Source of the DNA: Candidatus Helarchaeota archaeon
GTDB lineage: Archaea; Asgardarchaeota; Lokiarchaeia; Helarchaeales; RDOG01
Assembly: GCA_019058315.1 (NCBI GenBank)
Contig: JAHPZH010000009.1
Coordinates: 136,307 to 200,306, forward strand
Length of the DNA: 64,000 bases
Direction: 5' to 3'
This document shows positions 31,770 to 42,284 of this stretch, one piece after another. Position numbers and translations under genes: made by a program. Within the stretch, counting starts at the first letter, position 1. Every line of letters starts with the position of its first letter. Under the pieces are notes generated by a model. That model saw only the letters and a program-made list of their open reading frames with translations, did not search any database and was not told the DNA's origin.

Positions 31770-32843
31770 TTGCTGGGATGGAAAATGGTAGAATTTTGGA
31801 AGATTATTGGCTTTGGTTTGACTCATGTTTTTTCTACTTGTGCCTTTTTTCTATTTCTATATTTTATTAATAAATCTTTAAAGGTGAGAAAAGTAAAACG
31901 TGAAATTTTACCATTTATTGGATTAGCAATTATCTTTCTATTCATTAGTATCGGTTTTATAATATTTAGTTGGCTCGATTACATTTGGTGGACATCTGGT
32001 CTACTAACTAACCCTTTAACAGATTTAGAAACCTTAACAGGTTTATTTATTATTGGAAGTTTTATAGTTTTAACTTATATTCTCGAATATGTGTTTAAAA
32101 AGACAAAGTATTTTTTTACTTTATATATGATAATTGGTATAATTGTATTATATTTCATTGAAATCTCTGCTCTTTTTTTACTTTTTTATCTAGCTCCATT
32201 TCCTTTTTTTATTCTTTTTGCGTGGTATTACGTTTTTATTCGTCCAACTTCTGGTTTTTTAAGGAAAAGAATGATAATTGCTTCGCTTGGATTTATTTCG
32301 ATCGTTGTTGGATTTTTACTTAGATTTAATTTTATGAGTCAATTTTTAGGAAGTTACATTTATACTGTAGGAACAATGGTTGCGATCATGGGAGTTACAT
32401 TGATTGGCTATGGTTTTAGCGCATTTTCCACATTTAGCGACATCAGATGGAAAGAAAAGTTGCGCGAAATATTAGTAATTACTAAAGGTGGTATTTGTAT
32501 TTATTCATATTCATTTGAACAAAAGAGTCCTTTAGATGATACTGATTTAATTGCAGGAGGTTTCTCTGGTATTCAAGGAATGCTCTCTGAAATAGTTAGG
32601 ACAAGTGAAAGTTTACAACTTATTGATTATAAAAATGTTAAAATAATGCTTGAACAAAGAGAAAATGTTATATTTATTCTTATTCTTAAGGAAGAGAGCA
32701 CCTTCATTCAATATAAGCTAAAACTTTTCTCTGAAGAATTCCAAGATTTATTTAAAGAGGTATTACAAACGTGGTCGGGTGATGTAGTTATCTTTCAGCC
32801 CACTAGAGCTGTAATTGAGCGGATTTTTGAGGTTGATATCTAA
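31770..32843 (+). CDS. 7TM protein with C-terminal longin/roadblock-like domain
   Basis: About 7 TM helices then GGICIYSYSF...DLIAGGFSGIQGML.EI...; paralog at 40963. Confidence 0.75.
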   Translation: MLGWKMVEFWKIIGFGLTHVFSTCAFFLFLYFINKSLKVRKVKREILPFIGLAIIFLFISIGFIIFSWLDYIWWTSGLLTNPLTDLETLTGLFIIGSFIVLTYILEYVFKKTKYFFTLYMIIGIIVLYFIEISALFLLFYLAPFPFFILFAWYYVFIRPTSGFLRKRMIIASLGFISIVVGFLLRFNFMSQFLGSYIYTVGTMVAIMGVTLIGYGFSAFSTFSDIRWKEKLREILVITKGGICIYSYSFEQKSPLDDTDLIAGGFSGIQGMLSEIVRTSESLQLIDYKNVKIMLEQRENVIFILILKEESTFIQYKLKLFSEEFQDLFKEVLQTWSGDVVIFQPTRAVIERIFEVDI

Positions 32844-32999
32844 AATTGGATAAAAAACAGAACTTAGTATTTATTCTAAAAATTTTTGTTAAAAAGAATG
32901 CTATGTTCTCTAAATTAATTCATTTTGAATTTCTATTCCAAGTTCAGTGAAATAAGTGCTGTATCCTCCTACAATGGAGTCTATAGGTATGGGATAAGA

Positions 33000-33488
33000 A
33001 TGATTGAAGTTAAAAAGTTGCATTCACGAAGATGGAAGGAATATAGAGATTTACGATTAGAAGCTTTGAAAAGTGATCCAATTGCTTTTAGTAGTTCATT
33101 TGAAGAAGAAAAAATTTTTTCTGATGAAGAATGGAAGAGAAGAATCAATAATGTATTATTTGCTATCTCAAATGATAAACCTGTTGGAATGATTGGATAT
33201 ATAATTAATAATAAAAATAAAACTAAACATATCGCTAATATTTTTGGAGTATATGTAAAAAAGGAATATCGCCGTCAAGGAATAGGAAAAAAATTATTTG
33301 ATATTGCTTTAAAATTTATTCAAAAAAATGTAAACGTCTTTAAAATTAACTTAGGTGTCAATTCCGAACTAAAAGCTGCTATTGAACTATATAAGAAACA
33401 TGGTTTTAAAATAGTTGGAAGACTTAAAAAAGAGTTACTGGTTGATGGTAAATTCTATGATGAACTTATGATGGAAAGGATTCTCTAA
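33000..33488 (+). CDS. GNAT acetyltransferase
   Basis: YRDLRLEAL, VYVKKEYRRQGIGKKL, AIELYKKHGF; likely start ATG 33000. Confidence 0.88.
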   Translation: MIEVKKLHSRRWKEYRDLRLEALKSDPIAFSSSFEEEKIFSDEEWKRRINNVLFAISNDKPVGMIGYIINNKNKTKHIANIFGVYVKKEYRRQGIGKKLFDIALKFIQKNVNVFKINLGVNSELKAAIELYKKHGFKIVGRLKKELLVDGKFYDELMMERIL

Positions 33489-33535
33489 CTTCTCTTTTCT
33501 GATTACAGTTCAAATGTCTCCAAAAATATATATAT

Positions 33536-34780
33536 TTATTTTAAAACATCTGAAATTTTTTTACCTTCTTTAAAAATGAGATTTGCTTTTTCTATAATAT
33601 CTGGAATATTTATCTGTTGGGGACATTTATCCAAACATTCCCCGCATTGAATGCAAAGAGCTGCTGCTCCTTCAAACTCATCTCCTTCAGCTTTCTTTTT
33701 TTCTAATTCATCAGGTGTTTTTACCAATCTATTATAAAAATACATAATTCTTGGATTTCTACTATCTCCCCAATAGGCAGTTTGATTTAGTAAATTAAAT
33801 ACCATCGGGATAGAAACTCCATTAGGACAGGGCATACAATAACCACAGTTAGTACAAGAAACTACACCGTATTTCTTAAATGCATCTCGTAATTCTGAAA
33901 TTGTTTGTAATTCTTCTTTACTGAGGTTATTTATCCCCGAATTATTAGCAGATTCTACGTTTTCTATAACCTGTTGCATCGTACTCATACCACTTAATAC
34001 AACTGAAACTTCGGGTTGATTCCAAAGGAATTGTAAAGCCCAATCAGCCATACTCCTTTTAACTCTTGACTTTTTTAATACATTCGCAATTTCAGGTCTT
34101 GTATCCAATTTATGCTCTGGAATAGCCAGCATTCCACCCCGAATAGGTTCCATAATTATTACAGGCATTTTTTTACTAGCAGCATATTTTAAACCTTTGG
34201 TACCCGCTTGAAATTCAATATCGAGGTAATTATGCTGGATTTGACAGCAATTCCATGGATAGAAATCAATAATCTCTTTAAATACTTCAAAACTATCATG
34301 AAATGAAAATCCTATATATTTAATAATACCATTTGCTCTCAATGCTTCCATATTTTCAATTAAATTCAACTTTTTTATTTTTTCTAGTCGTTCTTTGCGT
34401 AAACCATGAAAAAAATAGAAATCTGGATTTGTTTGTAATCTTTCAACCTGCTCGTTGAATAAAACGTTAAAATCTTCTTTTTTCTTAACTAACCATAAAG
34501 GTGATTTTGTGGTGAGATATACTTTCTCCCGATATCCATCTTTTAATGCTTTTCCAACTAACACTTCACTTTGACCATTATGATAGGTATATGCAGTGTC
34601 AATGTAATTAACTCCATGGTCAATTGCATAACGAATCATTTTAATTGCCTCTTCTTCATTTATTTTAAATTGTTTATCTAGTGGCAATCGCATAGCCCCA
34701 AAACCTAATGCGGATATTTCCAAACCTGTTGAACCTAATTTTCGATACTTCATAATTTTCACCATAAATAGTCTTTTCAA
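33536..34780 (-). CDS. Aldo/keto reductase with C-terminal Fe-S domain
   Basis: LGFGAMRLP, YIDTAYTYH, CTNCGYCMPCP, CIQCGECLDKCPQ. Confidence 0.9.
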   Translation of the reverse strand: MKRLFMVKIMKYRKLGSTGLEISALGFGAMRLPLDKQFKINEEEAIKMIRYAIDHGVNYIDTAYTYHNGQSEVLVGKALKDGYREKVYLTTKSPLWLVKKKEDFNVLFNEQVERLQTNPDFYFFHGLRKERLEKIKKLNLIENMEALRANGIIKYIGFSFHDSFEVFKEIIDFYPWNCCQIQHNYLDIEFQAGTKGLKYAASKKMPVIIMEPIRGGMLAIPEHKLDTRPEIANVLKKSRVKRSMADWALQFLWNQPEVSVVLSGMSTMQQVIENVESANNSGINNLSKEELQTISELRDAFKKYGVVSCTNCGYCMPCPNGVSIPMVFNLLNQTAYWGDSRNPRIMYFYNRLVKTPDELEKKKAEGDEFEGAAALCIQCGECLDKCPQQINIPDIIEKANLIFKEGKKISDVLK

Positions 34781-34904
34781 TTAGATTTCTTAATAAATAT
34801 TGAAAATTTGTTCATTTTATATTCATATAGATTAAGAAAATGAAAATATTTTTTTAAATTATTATCCCATAGTAAATATTTCTTAACAAAATGATTTAAT
34901 TGAG

Positions 34905-35351
34905 TTGAACATTATTAACGATTTTCATCTTACCATAGATTTAATAAAACATGAGAGAAGTAAGGACTCTCATTCAAATATATATGCGGTTAAGATAACG
35001 AACCGAGATGTAAAGTTCAATTGGAAATGTGCATTTCGTGGACCTAAGGAAACTGATCATTCATATAAACTCAGTGAGGTTGGATTTAAGAGTCTTCTAA
35101 CCTTCATCAATAAAAAGTTATTGAATAGAAATATTAAGGAAATAAGGAAAGCTGATAATATAGGCTTATCAATTAATTTGACAGTGAAAATTGAAATGGA
35201 TAATAATAAAACCGAAGCAAACATAGTCGGAATGTATAATGATTGGACAAAAAGGGGAAAGAAGAAGCAGTGCAATATCAAGAATTTAGATTATTATAAT
35301 GCCATCAGTCATATTATCAGTCATGCTGAGCAAAAGGTGGATCTCTTCTAA
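34905..35351 (+). CDS. Hypothetical protein
   Basis: Open 148-aa frame, no recognised motif. Confidence 0.5.
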   Translation: MNIINDFHLTIDLIKHERSKDSHSNIYAVKITNRDVKFNWKCAFRGPKETDHSYKLSEVGFKSLLTFINKKLLNRNIKEIRKADNIGLSINLTVKIEMDNNKTEANIVGMYNDWTKRGKKKQCNIKNLDYYNAISHIISHAEQKVDLF

Positions 35352-35497
35352 TAACTATACAAAGAAAATATATGATTTGAAACGTAAGTTAAAATTCTTA
35401 AAAGAAATAAGAAGAATTCTTTTTTAATAACATTCAAATATCATCCAAGATTATTCATAGAAAATGGATATTATTTCCAAAAAACGGAGTAATTTTA

Positions 35498-35995
35498 ATG
35501 GATATAAAAGATCTAGAAAAAGACGCAGCAAAGGCTACAGATTCACCTGAAAATGCTGTTAAATACGCATTAGATTGTCTTTATGTGTATCAAAAAGTTG
35601 ATGAAAAAGCATTGGGTTACTTTGGATACGTTCTTTCTAAAAACATGATGCAAGAAGATGCTTCCGCTCCAAGCGGACTTAAACCAGGACTAACTACTTT
35701 AAATCGAATTAAAGGAACAAAAGAGCCTCAAAGAGCTTATGGTGTTCTAGCTCATATGGGAGCCTCATGGGAAAAAGATTATAAAGACATTGATGTAGAT
35801 AATTATAAGCCAAACATACTAAAAGTAGATATAACTGGTGATAAAGCAAAGGTTGTTCTTAAATCCGGAGGTCATGATAATCCAATTTCCATACAACTTG
35901 CTAAAAACAATAAAGGTCAATGGAAAATTACTGGTGGCTTTACCACATTAACCCGGGATAGTAGAAAACCCAAATCTGTCGTTGGCGATTTTTAA
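35498..35995 (+). CDS. Hypothetical protein
   Basis: GGAG SD; KVVLKSGG.DNP.SIQL..N..GQWKI pattern. Confidence 0.7.
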   Translation: MDIKDLEKDAAKATDSPENAVKYALDCLYVYQKVDEKALGYFGYVLSKNMMQEDASAPSGLKPGLTTLNRIKGTKEPQRAYGVLAHMGASWEKDYKDIDVDNYKPNILKVDITGDKAKVVLKSGGHDNPISIQLAKNNKGQWKITGGFTTLTRDSRKPKSVVGDF

Positions 35996-36083
35996 TCTTC
36001 TCTTTTTTTTTCCTTTACCTAATTTACAAACTTTATGATTTATAGAAGTTGCAAATCGTAGGGTTTAAAAAGTGGTTAGATAA

Positions 36084-36962
36084 TTAAATGTTTTTTTTAA
36101 GTTTAAGAAATAATTTTTTAGCATTTTTGTAAAATATATTCTCTAATACTTCTTGTTTATAGTTACCCGATTCCCAATCCTTAAAAAGTTGTTCAAATCC
36201 CAAAATAGGCCAATCAGAACCAAAAAGGATTTTATTTTTGCATCTACCATTTATTTCTCTCTTAAAATCTTCGGGGAAATAAATTGGTCTCCAACCATGA
36301 ACTTCGTTATACACATTTCCTTTATGGATGAGAACTGATGCCATTTCTGCATGAAAAGGCCACGGCGTATGGGCACATACAATTATTAATTCAGGATTTT
36401 CTGCAGCCACGTTATCAATATATGGAATGGGTCTTTCATATTCTAACTTAAAACCTCCACCACCAGGAAGTCCTGCTCCTACAGCTGTAGCTCCAACTGA
36501 AATCTTTATTGGGACTTTATTTTCAATACAAAGATCATAAAATGGTTTTAATATTGGTGAAGTAGCAGGAATATTGGTCAGAGCACCATAATGCCAGGGA
36601 CCAAAAAAATTTAGGTCAACTATACACCTTCTTGCCTCTTTAAGCCATTCCTCGGGATGGAAACTTAGGTCTGTCATTACCCATGCACCAAGGATTGTAT
36701 CGGGATATTCAGAAATAAGTTTTCCAACATAATCGTTAATTTCTCTAATTTTTTCAAACTTATATCTACCACCAGTTGGTGGCATTAAAATTGCTTTAAT
36801 ATTAGCTTGATTAAAAACTTCAATCATTTCTTCTTCAGTTTGATAATAAGGTAATTCGTGTTTGAACTGTTTTTCGATATATTTCTTTGCAGCTTTCGGA
36901 AATGAGGCTCCTTTTTTAGTAGACATCATAGTTTGAAAATCTATTACTTTAAATTTTTTCAA
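36084..36962 (-). CDS. Amidohydrolase_2 family protein (CouO-like)
   Basis: GAGLPGGGG, CAHTPWP, HKGNVYNEVHGW.P.YF, ILFGSDWP. Confidence 0.82.
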   Translation of the reverse strand: MKKFKVIDFQTMMSTKKGASFPKAAKKYIEKQFKHELPYYQTEEEMIEVFNQANIKAILMPPTGGRYKFEKIREINDYVGKLISEYPDTILGAWVMTDLSFHPEEWLKEARRCIVDLNFFGPWHYGALTNIPATSPILKPFYDLCIENKVPIKISVGATAVGAGLPGGGGFKLEYERPIPYIDNVAAENPELIIVCAHTPWPFHAEMASVLIHKGNVYNEVHGWRPIYFPEDFKREINGRCKNKILFGSDWPILGFEQLFKDWESGNYKQEVLENIFYKNAKKLFLKLKKNI

Positions 36963-37161
36963 ATTTAACTCAATTCTTCCTATAATTTTTAAACTATATT
37001 CTGGATAATTTGTAATAAAACCTTTCTTAGCTAATTTGTGATATTAATTCACATAATGCTAATATTGACTTTCAAATTGAGAAATGGTTATCTTTTATAT
37101 ATTTAATTAAAAATGATCAGATAAGCTATGATCGTACGTTTTTATGATAATTAGATGATTA

Positions 37162-37569
37162 TTGATTAAAAGTGAATTGTTGAAAATGCCATTAATTCCT
37201 TTAGAACCGAAGAAGGTCCCTTGTCCCCATTGTGGTTTTGAAAATTATGAAACTGTCCATAAGAATTTATTCTTATGGAAGAATGATTTAGAACGTTTAT
37301 TAAAAGGAACACTCAATACTTTTGAATGTAAAAATTGCCATAAACTAAGTTGGGCAAAACAACTAATAACAATCAATTTAATTAACAGAGAAAAGGTTTA
37401 TTTTATGCCAATATTTCCAAATGAGACTTCTGAAAAAAAGTATGAAATGGGAGGTTATTGCTTTTATGAACCTTTGGGTCAACCTTTAACTTTATTAAAA
37501 GAATTTATTGATTCTTATAAAGAGAAATATAAGAATCACCCTCAAAGATTTCTTGCATTATTAGATTAA
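37162..37569 (+). CDS. CpXC-domain (Zn ribbon) protein
   Basis: CPHCG...LL.GTLN.FECKNC. Confidence 0.7.
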   Translation: MIKSELLKMPLIPLEPKKVPCPHCGFENYETVHKNLFLWKNDLERLLKGTLNTFECKNCHKLSWAKQLITINLINREKVYFMPIFPNETSEKKYEMGGYCFYEPLGQPLTLLKEFIDSYKEKYKNHPQRFLALLD

Positions 37570-37725
37570 TCAGTCTTAGCTTGATTTTCTGATTTATTAT
37601 CAAAAAGTGAATTATAATAAATAATTTTACCTCATGAAATCCTCCATAGTGCCATAAAATTAAATAATGCCTATCATTAATTATTACTAACCCAAATAAA
37701 AAAAATCATTTTTGGGAGATATTAT

Positions 37726-37932
37726 ATGGTTGAAATTCCAAAAACGTTAATTATTACCTTTGTGTGGATATCAGCAGGACTTTGTGCCTTTAATTTCATC
37801 TTCTCGGCAATTGGAATATTTGTATATATTTATCATTATGCAGAAATTCTAACTATCTTCACGGGGATAAATCTATGTTCAATTTTGGTTACGGGAATAT
37901 TAGTTACAATAGACCAGCTGGATAAAGTCTAA
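37726..37932 (+). CDS. Small 2-TM hypothetical protein
   Basis: GGAG SD; two hydrophobic helices. Confidence 0.55.
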   Translation: MVEIPKTLIITFVWISAGLCAFNFIFSAIGIFVYIYHYAEILTIFTGINLCSILVTGILVTIDQLDKV

Positions 37933-38035
37933 TTAAAATATTTTTTTAATTTGATTTCTTGCAGTTTTAGATTAATTTATTTTAGCTCGATTTTTTGAAT
38001 ATAATATACAACTCTAATACCTATAAACAAAAAAT

Positions 38036-38581
38036 GTGAAACCTATGTCGTTTGATTACAGGTTGAAGATTATAATAATAGGCGAACCATCTGTGGGGAA
38101 AAGCTCCCTAATTGTTAGGTACACAGAAGTATGGGAAAGAGGTGAATCTGCTTTTGGTTTTCAAATCAGTAACAAGAAGTTAGTCTTAAACAGTAAAACC
38201 AGTGAAAATAAAATAAAAATTAAGTTATACATATTCGATATAGCTGACCAATCTAAGTTCCTTAAAAAAGAATTTTTGTTTAAAGAGGCGCATGGATTTA
38301 TTCTGGTCTATGACATCACAAACGAAGAGTCTTTTGAAAAAACCGCAAAATGGTTTAACCTTTTAAAAGAGTCTGAACCCTTTGAGAAAGATTTTACTGG
38401 GATTTTAATCGGAAATAAAATAGATTTACAAGATCAAAGAAAAATCCCTAGAAAAATTGGAGAAAAGCTTGCAAAGGAAATGAATGTTGATTTTGAAGAA
38501 ACTTCAGCTAAAACTAGAGAAAATGTCAATGATGTTTTTGAAAGAATTACGCACATGATTTTAAATAAAGTGATAGTTTAA
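38036..38581 (+). CDS. Rab-like small GTPase with degenerate G2/G3
   Basis: GEPSVGKS, FDIADQ, LVYDIT, GNKID, ETSAK. Confidence 0.85.
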   Translation: MKPMSFDYRLKIIIIGEPSVGKSSLIVRYTEVWERGESAFGFQISNKKLVLNSKTSENKIKIKLYIFDIADQSKFLKKEFLFKEAHGFILVYDITNEESFEKTAKWFNLLKESEPFEKDFTGILIGNKIDLQDQRKIPRKIGEKLAKEMNVDFEETSAKTRENVNDVFERITHMILNKVIV

Positions 38582-38701
38582 TATAAAAAAGGTCTTGGAT
38601 GGGCTCTAATTTGAATTTGATTACCCGTTATATCTAACACGCTAAATTATTATCCTAGTAAAGATAGATAGATAAAATTAATAAAAAATTGTAAATTTAG
38701 G

Positions 38702-39238
38702 ATGTTAATAAATATGCCAAAAGAAATAGAAGGTAAAGATGCTAGCGACTGGTCTAGCGAAGGAATGGCTAATATTAGTTTAAAAAATTATCAGAAAGCG
38801 ATTGAATGTTATCAAAAAGCAGTTAAAATCGATCCAAATAATAAAATGATCTGGTATAATTTGGGATCTGCTTATTTCTCCCTCAAAAATTATCAAAAAG
38901 TCATTGATTGTTACAAAAATGTAGTTAAGATCGACCCAAAATCAAGTCTTGCTTGGTATGGGATGGGACTAGCTTATTATAACCTAACGAATTATCAAGA
39001 AGCAATCAAATGTTACGAAAAAGCATTTAAAATCCAACACCAAAATCATATTCCATTCACTAATTTGTTTAATGCTTGGAATAACTTGGGAGATGCTTAT
39101 AAGGGATTAAAAAAATATCAAAAAGCGATTGAATGTTATGAAAAAGCACTTGAAATTAATCCGGACTATCAAACAGCAAAGGATAATTTAAAACGATTAG
39201 AAACTCAAAGACGAGAACTGGAGAAAAAACATTATTAA
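38702..39238 (+). CDS. TPR repeat protein
   Basis: About 4 TPRs (NYQKAIECY.KA..IDP). Confidence 0.9.
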   Translation: MLINMPKEIEGKDASDWSSEGMANISLKNYQKAIECYQKAVKIDPNNKMIWYNLGSAYFSLKNYQKVIDCYKNVVKIDPKSSLAWYGMGLAYYNLTNYQEAIKCYEKAFKIQHQNHIPFTNLFNAWNNLGDAYKGLKKYQKAIECYEKALEINPDYQTAKDNLKRLETQRRELEKKHY

Positions 39239-39365
39239 TATTATTGATCTCTATTAAAAAATAAGGGAATATATGGAGGAATACTTGATTATTACTTCTT
39301 AATTTATTTTTTAGAAGTCTTTAAAAACTTCAAGATCAAATCAAATTTAAGTGAGGTGAACTTAA

Positions 39366-39911
39366 ATGGAAAAAAAAATAGGTGCAATAGGAGCTATAGC
39401 TTTAATTTCGCTAATTTTAGGAGCTGCTGGATTGGGATTAATTTATATTACCACACAATCCACTGAATTGAGCCCTATTGAAATAATGTATATCTATGAA
39501 AAAATTAATCAATCATCAACCGGAAAAATATGGACAAATGTTGACTATTCAAAAATATATTCAACCCCAACTGTGACTTGGAAGAATCACACAGGTTTGA
39601 TTATTTCTTTTGAAGTACAACAAGGAGAATCCGTTTATTTAAGTTTCAATTGCGAATTCTATTTACAGGGTGATGGAGGCGGTCAAAAATATCTATATAT
39701 TCGTTTTGATATTGATGGAGTAATAACCACTACTCCTGAAGGAACAGTTAGTGATAATCCAGGTTCAGGATATGTCTATGGATCATTTACACTTCAAGAC
39801 TTTCCAGTATTATCTCATGGCTCTCATAATGTGACAATATCAATATACGGTAATTATGCACTGAATTATATTGATGACTGCTCTCTGTTAGTCCAGACAT
39901 TTATTCCTTAA
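39366..39911 (+). CDS. Membrane-anchored/secreted beta-rich protein
   Basis: N-terminal hydrophobic helix followed by beta-sandwich-like sequence; GAGGTGA SD. Confidence 0.7.
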   Translation: MEKKIGAIGAIALISLILGAAGLGLIYITTQSTELSPIEIMYIYEKINQSSTGKIWTNVDYSKIYSTPTVTWKNHTGLIISFEVQQGESVYLSFNCEFYLQGDGGGQKYLYIRFDIDGVITTTPEGTVSDNPGSGYVYGSFTLQDFPVLSHGSHNVTISIYGNYALNYIDDCSLLVQTFIP

Positions 39912-39995
39912 TATAACAATTACTTTTTTTTTATTTTCATAAATATATTCAAAACTAATTTTCGAATACTAATGCTTTATTACATTCTAATTACT

Positions 39996-40871
39996 CTACT
40001 TGCTGCTGATCACAACTAATTCTTTTATAATACGCGGTATTACTTCGGGGGGAAGACTATGTCCCATTCCATCTAAAATCAATAATTTTGCTCCAGGGAT
40101 TGCAGTTGCAATGTCTTTGCCCGCTTCCACATGATTAAATGGATCCTCACTCCCGTGTATAACTAATGTAGGTGCTTTTATTACAGCAATTTCTGGTTTT
40201 ATATTACCAGGAACAGCCATAGCAGCTAATTGACGTGCTACACCTTCGGGATAATAACTGCGATCATACTCTTTTGTTCTATAATCTCTTGCCTTATCCT
40301 TATCAAATGGAAAAGTGCCGTAAATGAGGTGATCACGCTTGACCATTTCTTCAATATATGCTTCGCGTTCGGGGGGAACGGGTGCAAAAAATTGTGCCAT
40401 AATTTCTGGTTTTGCTTGTGGTAGTTTTGGATTTCCAGTTGTGCTCATGATTATCGTGAGAGATAAAACACGAGATGGATTGCTATATGCTATCACTTGA
40501 GCAATCATCCCGCCCATAGAAGCCCCCAAAATGTGTGCTTTGTCTATATTCAAAGCATCTAGGACACCAAGGGCATCACTAGCCATGTCCTCTAAAGTGT
40601 ACGGAACTTTTGGTTTTTCTCCACGAAAATAAGCAGCGTTAATTTCATTAAAGTCTGGCATACCCGCATCTTTAAGTTTTGTTGACAAGCCTACATCTCT
40701 ATTGTCGAATCTTATAACAAAAAAACCATTATTTACTAGACTTTCGCATATTTCATCCGACCAAGCAAGTAATTGACTTCCAAGTCCCGCTATCAACAAC
40801 AATGGTTTTGAATTTGGGTTTCCGATTGTCTCATATTCAATTTCTATATTATTTGCATTAGCTTTTGGCAT
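39996..40871 (-). CDS. Alpha/beta hydrolase
   Basis: RFDNRDVGLS, GASMGG nucleophile elbow, HGSED, GMGH. Confidence 0.92.
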   Translation of the reverse strand: MPKANANNIEIEYETIGNPNSKPLLLIAGLGSQLLAWSDEICESLVNNGFFVIRFDNRDVGLSTKLKDAGMPDFNEINAAYFRGEKPKVPYTLEDMASDALGVLDALNIDKAHILGASMGGMIAQVIAYSNPSRVLSLTIIMSTTGNPKLPQAKPEIMAQFFAPVPPEREAYIEEMVKRDHLIYGTFPFDKDKARDYRTKEYDRSYYPEGVARQLAAMAVPGNIKPEIAVIKAPTLVIHGSEDPFNHVEAGKDIATAIPGAKLLILDGMGHSLPPEVIPRIIKELVVISSK

Positions 40872-40962
40872 TTCAAGTCACAATTCTACTATATGTCGTT
40901 TATATCATAAAATATTTTCAAGAAAGGAACTTGATTCAATATTGATAAAGCCTTGGCTTTTT

Positions 40963-42012
40963 TTAACCTTTCAATTCAAAGATGTGTTGAACTAATCTTT
41001 TGGCAATTTTGAATTCAGTAATATCCCCTACAAAATTTGTTATTTCTTCTCCAAAGAAAATCTCGAACTCTTTCAAAAAAGTAGTCAATTTATACTGTAA
41101 GAATGAACTTTCATCATTCAAAATGAGAATTCCAAAGACTTTTTCTCCCCTTTCCATTAATACTTTTAAATTTTTATAATCTATTAATTGTAATTTTTCC
41201 TTAGTTTTCATCATTTCAGCAAGTAATTTATCTATGCTTGAAAATACACCTCCCATTAAGATATTGTCTTCAAAATAGTCTAAATTAGTGTTTTTCTCAA
41301 AAGAAAATGCATAAAGACATATCCCATTATTGTTAATGAGATATATTTCGCGTAGTTTTTCCTTCCAATTAAGATCTGTAAATGTAGTAAATGCAGAAAA
41401 ACTGTAAACCATTATAGCTGTTCCAATTATTGCCATAAAAGTTCCTATTAGATAAATTATAAGGCCAGAATATCTGGAATAACTAAATACCCTAAATGTT
41501 AGACCAGTAGTTATGATTAATGTTCCAATAATAGAAAAGTACATCCGCCTCCTCAAAAAACTGGAAGTAGGTTTTATAAAAATTTGATGAAACATTGGTA
41601 GGGCAAATATAATAGCAGGGAGTATACCGATAATCCAAATCATATTTAATATCGCAAAATCATTTATAATAAATGAAATGGCGATTAAGAAGATTAAATA
41701 AGCAGTAAGAATAAATTTAGTCTTTTTAAGGGTATATTCCATAAATAGTAACATTGCTGCACCACCAATTAATTCTGTTAATATGAAGATTCTATTCAAT
41801 TCTAGTATAATCCAACCATTATTCCACCAATAATATTGGAACCAACTAATGATATAATGAGCAATTCCTAATGACAGAAAAATGGACGCTCTTGCTAAAA
41901 AAGGAAAGATCTCCTTGGTAATCTTTCTAATATGCATAATTCTGATAAAAAAATAGAACGAAACTATACATGCACATGTAGCAAAAACGTAAGTTGACCC
42001 TAAACAAGCCAT
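40963..42012 (-). CDS. 7TM protein with C-terminal longin/roadblock-like domain
   Basis: Paralog of 31770 (FTDLNWKEKLREI...GICLYAFSFE...LQLIDYKN.K). Confidence 0.75.
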   Translation of the reverse strand: MACLGSTYVFATCACIVSFYFFIRIMHIRKITKEIFPFLARASIFLSLGIAHYIISWFQYYWWNNGWIILELNRIFILTELIGGAAMLLFMEYTLKKTKFILTAYLIFLIAISFIINDFAILNMIWIIGILPAIIFALPMFHQIFIKPTSSFLRRRMYFSIIGTLIITTGLTFRVFSYSRYSGLIIYLIGTFMAIIGTAIMVYSFSAFTTFTDLNWKEKLREIYLINNNGICLYAFSFEKNTNLDYFEDNILMGGVFSSIDKLLAEMMKTKEKLQLIDYKNLKVLMERGEKVFGILILNDESSFLQYKLTTFLKEFEIFFGEEITNFVGDITEFKIAKRLVQHIFELKG

Positions 42013-42284
42013 TTCTAAGGGTCCTATCCCAAATTCAGTAAGAGTAAAAGGTGGAATAATTATTTCCCCGCTTATAAGAAATTAAAATAATATTCATATT
42101 TCGCCCTATTCAGTATTATTTTTTCTGATTTTATGACATTTAAATATTTATAATTGGGTAAACAAACACCCTAATTAAAATTCTATGTTTTATTTCGTTT
42201 GGAATCTGGGGATTTTTTATATATTCTACTAACCAACAAAACGTAAAACACCAAAAACTAATAATAATTAAGTAAATTTTACTA

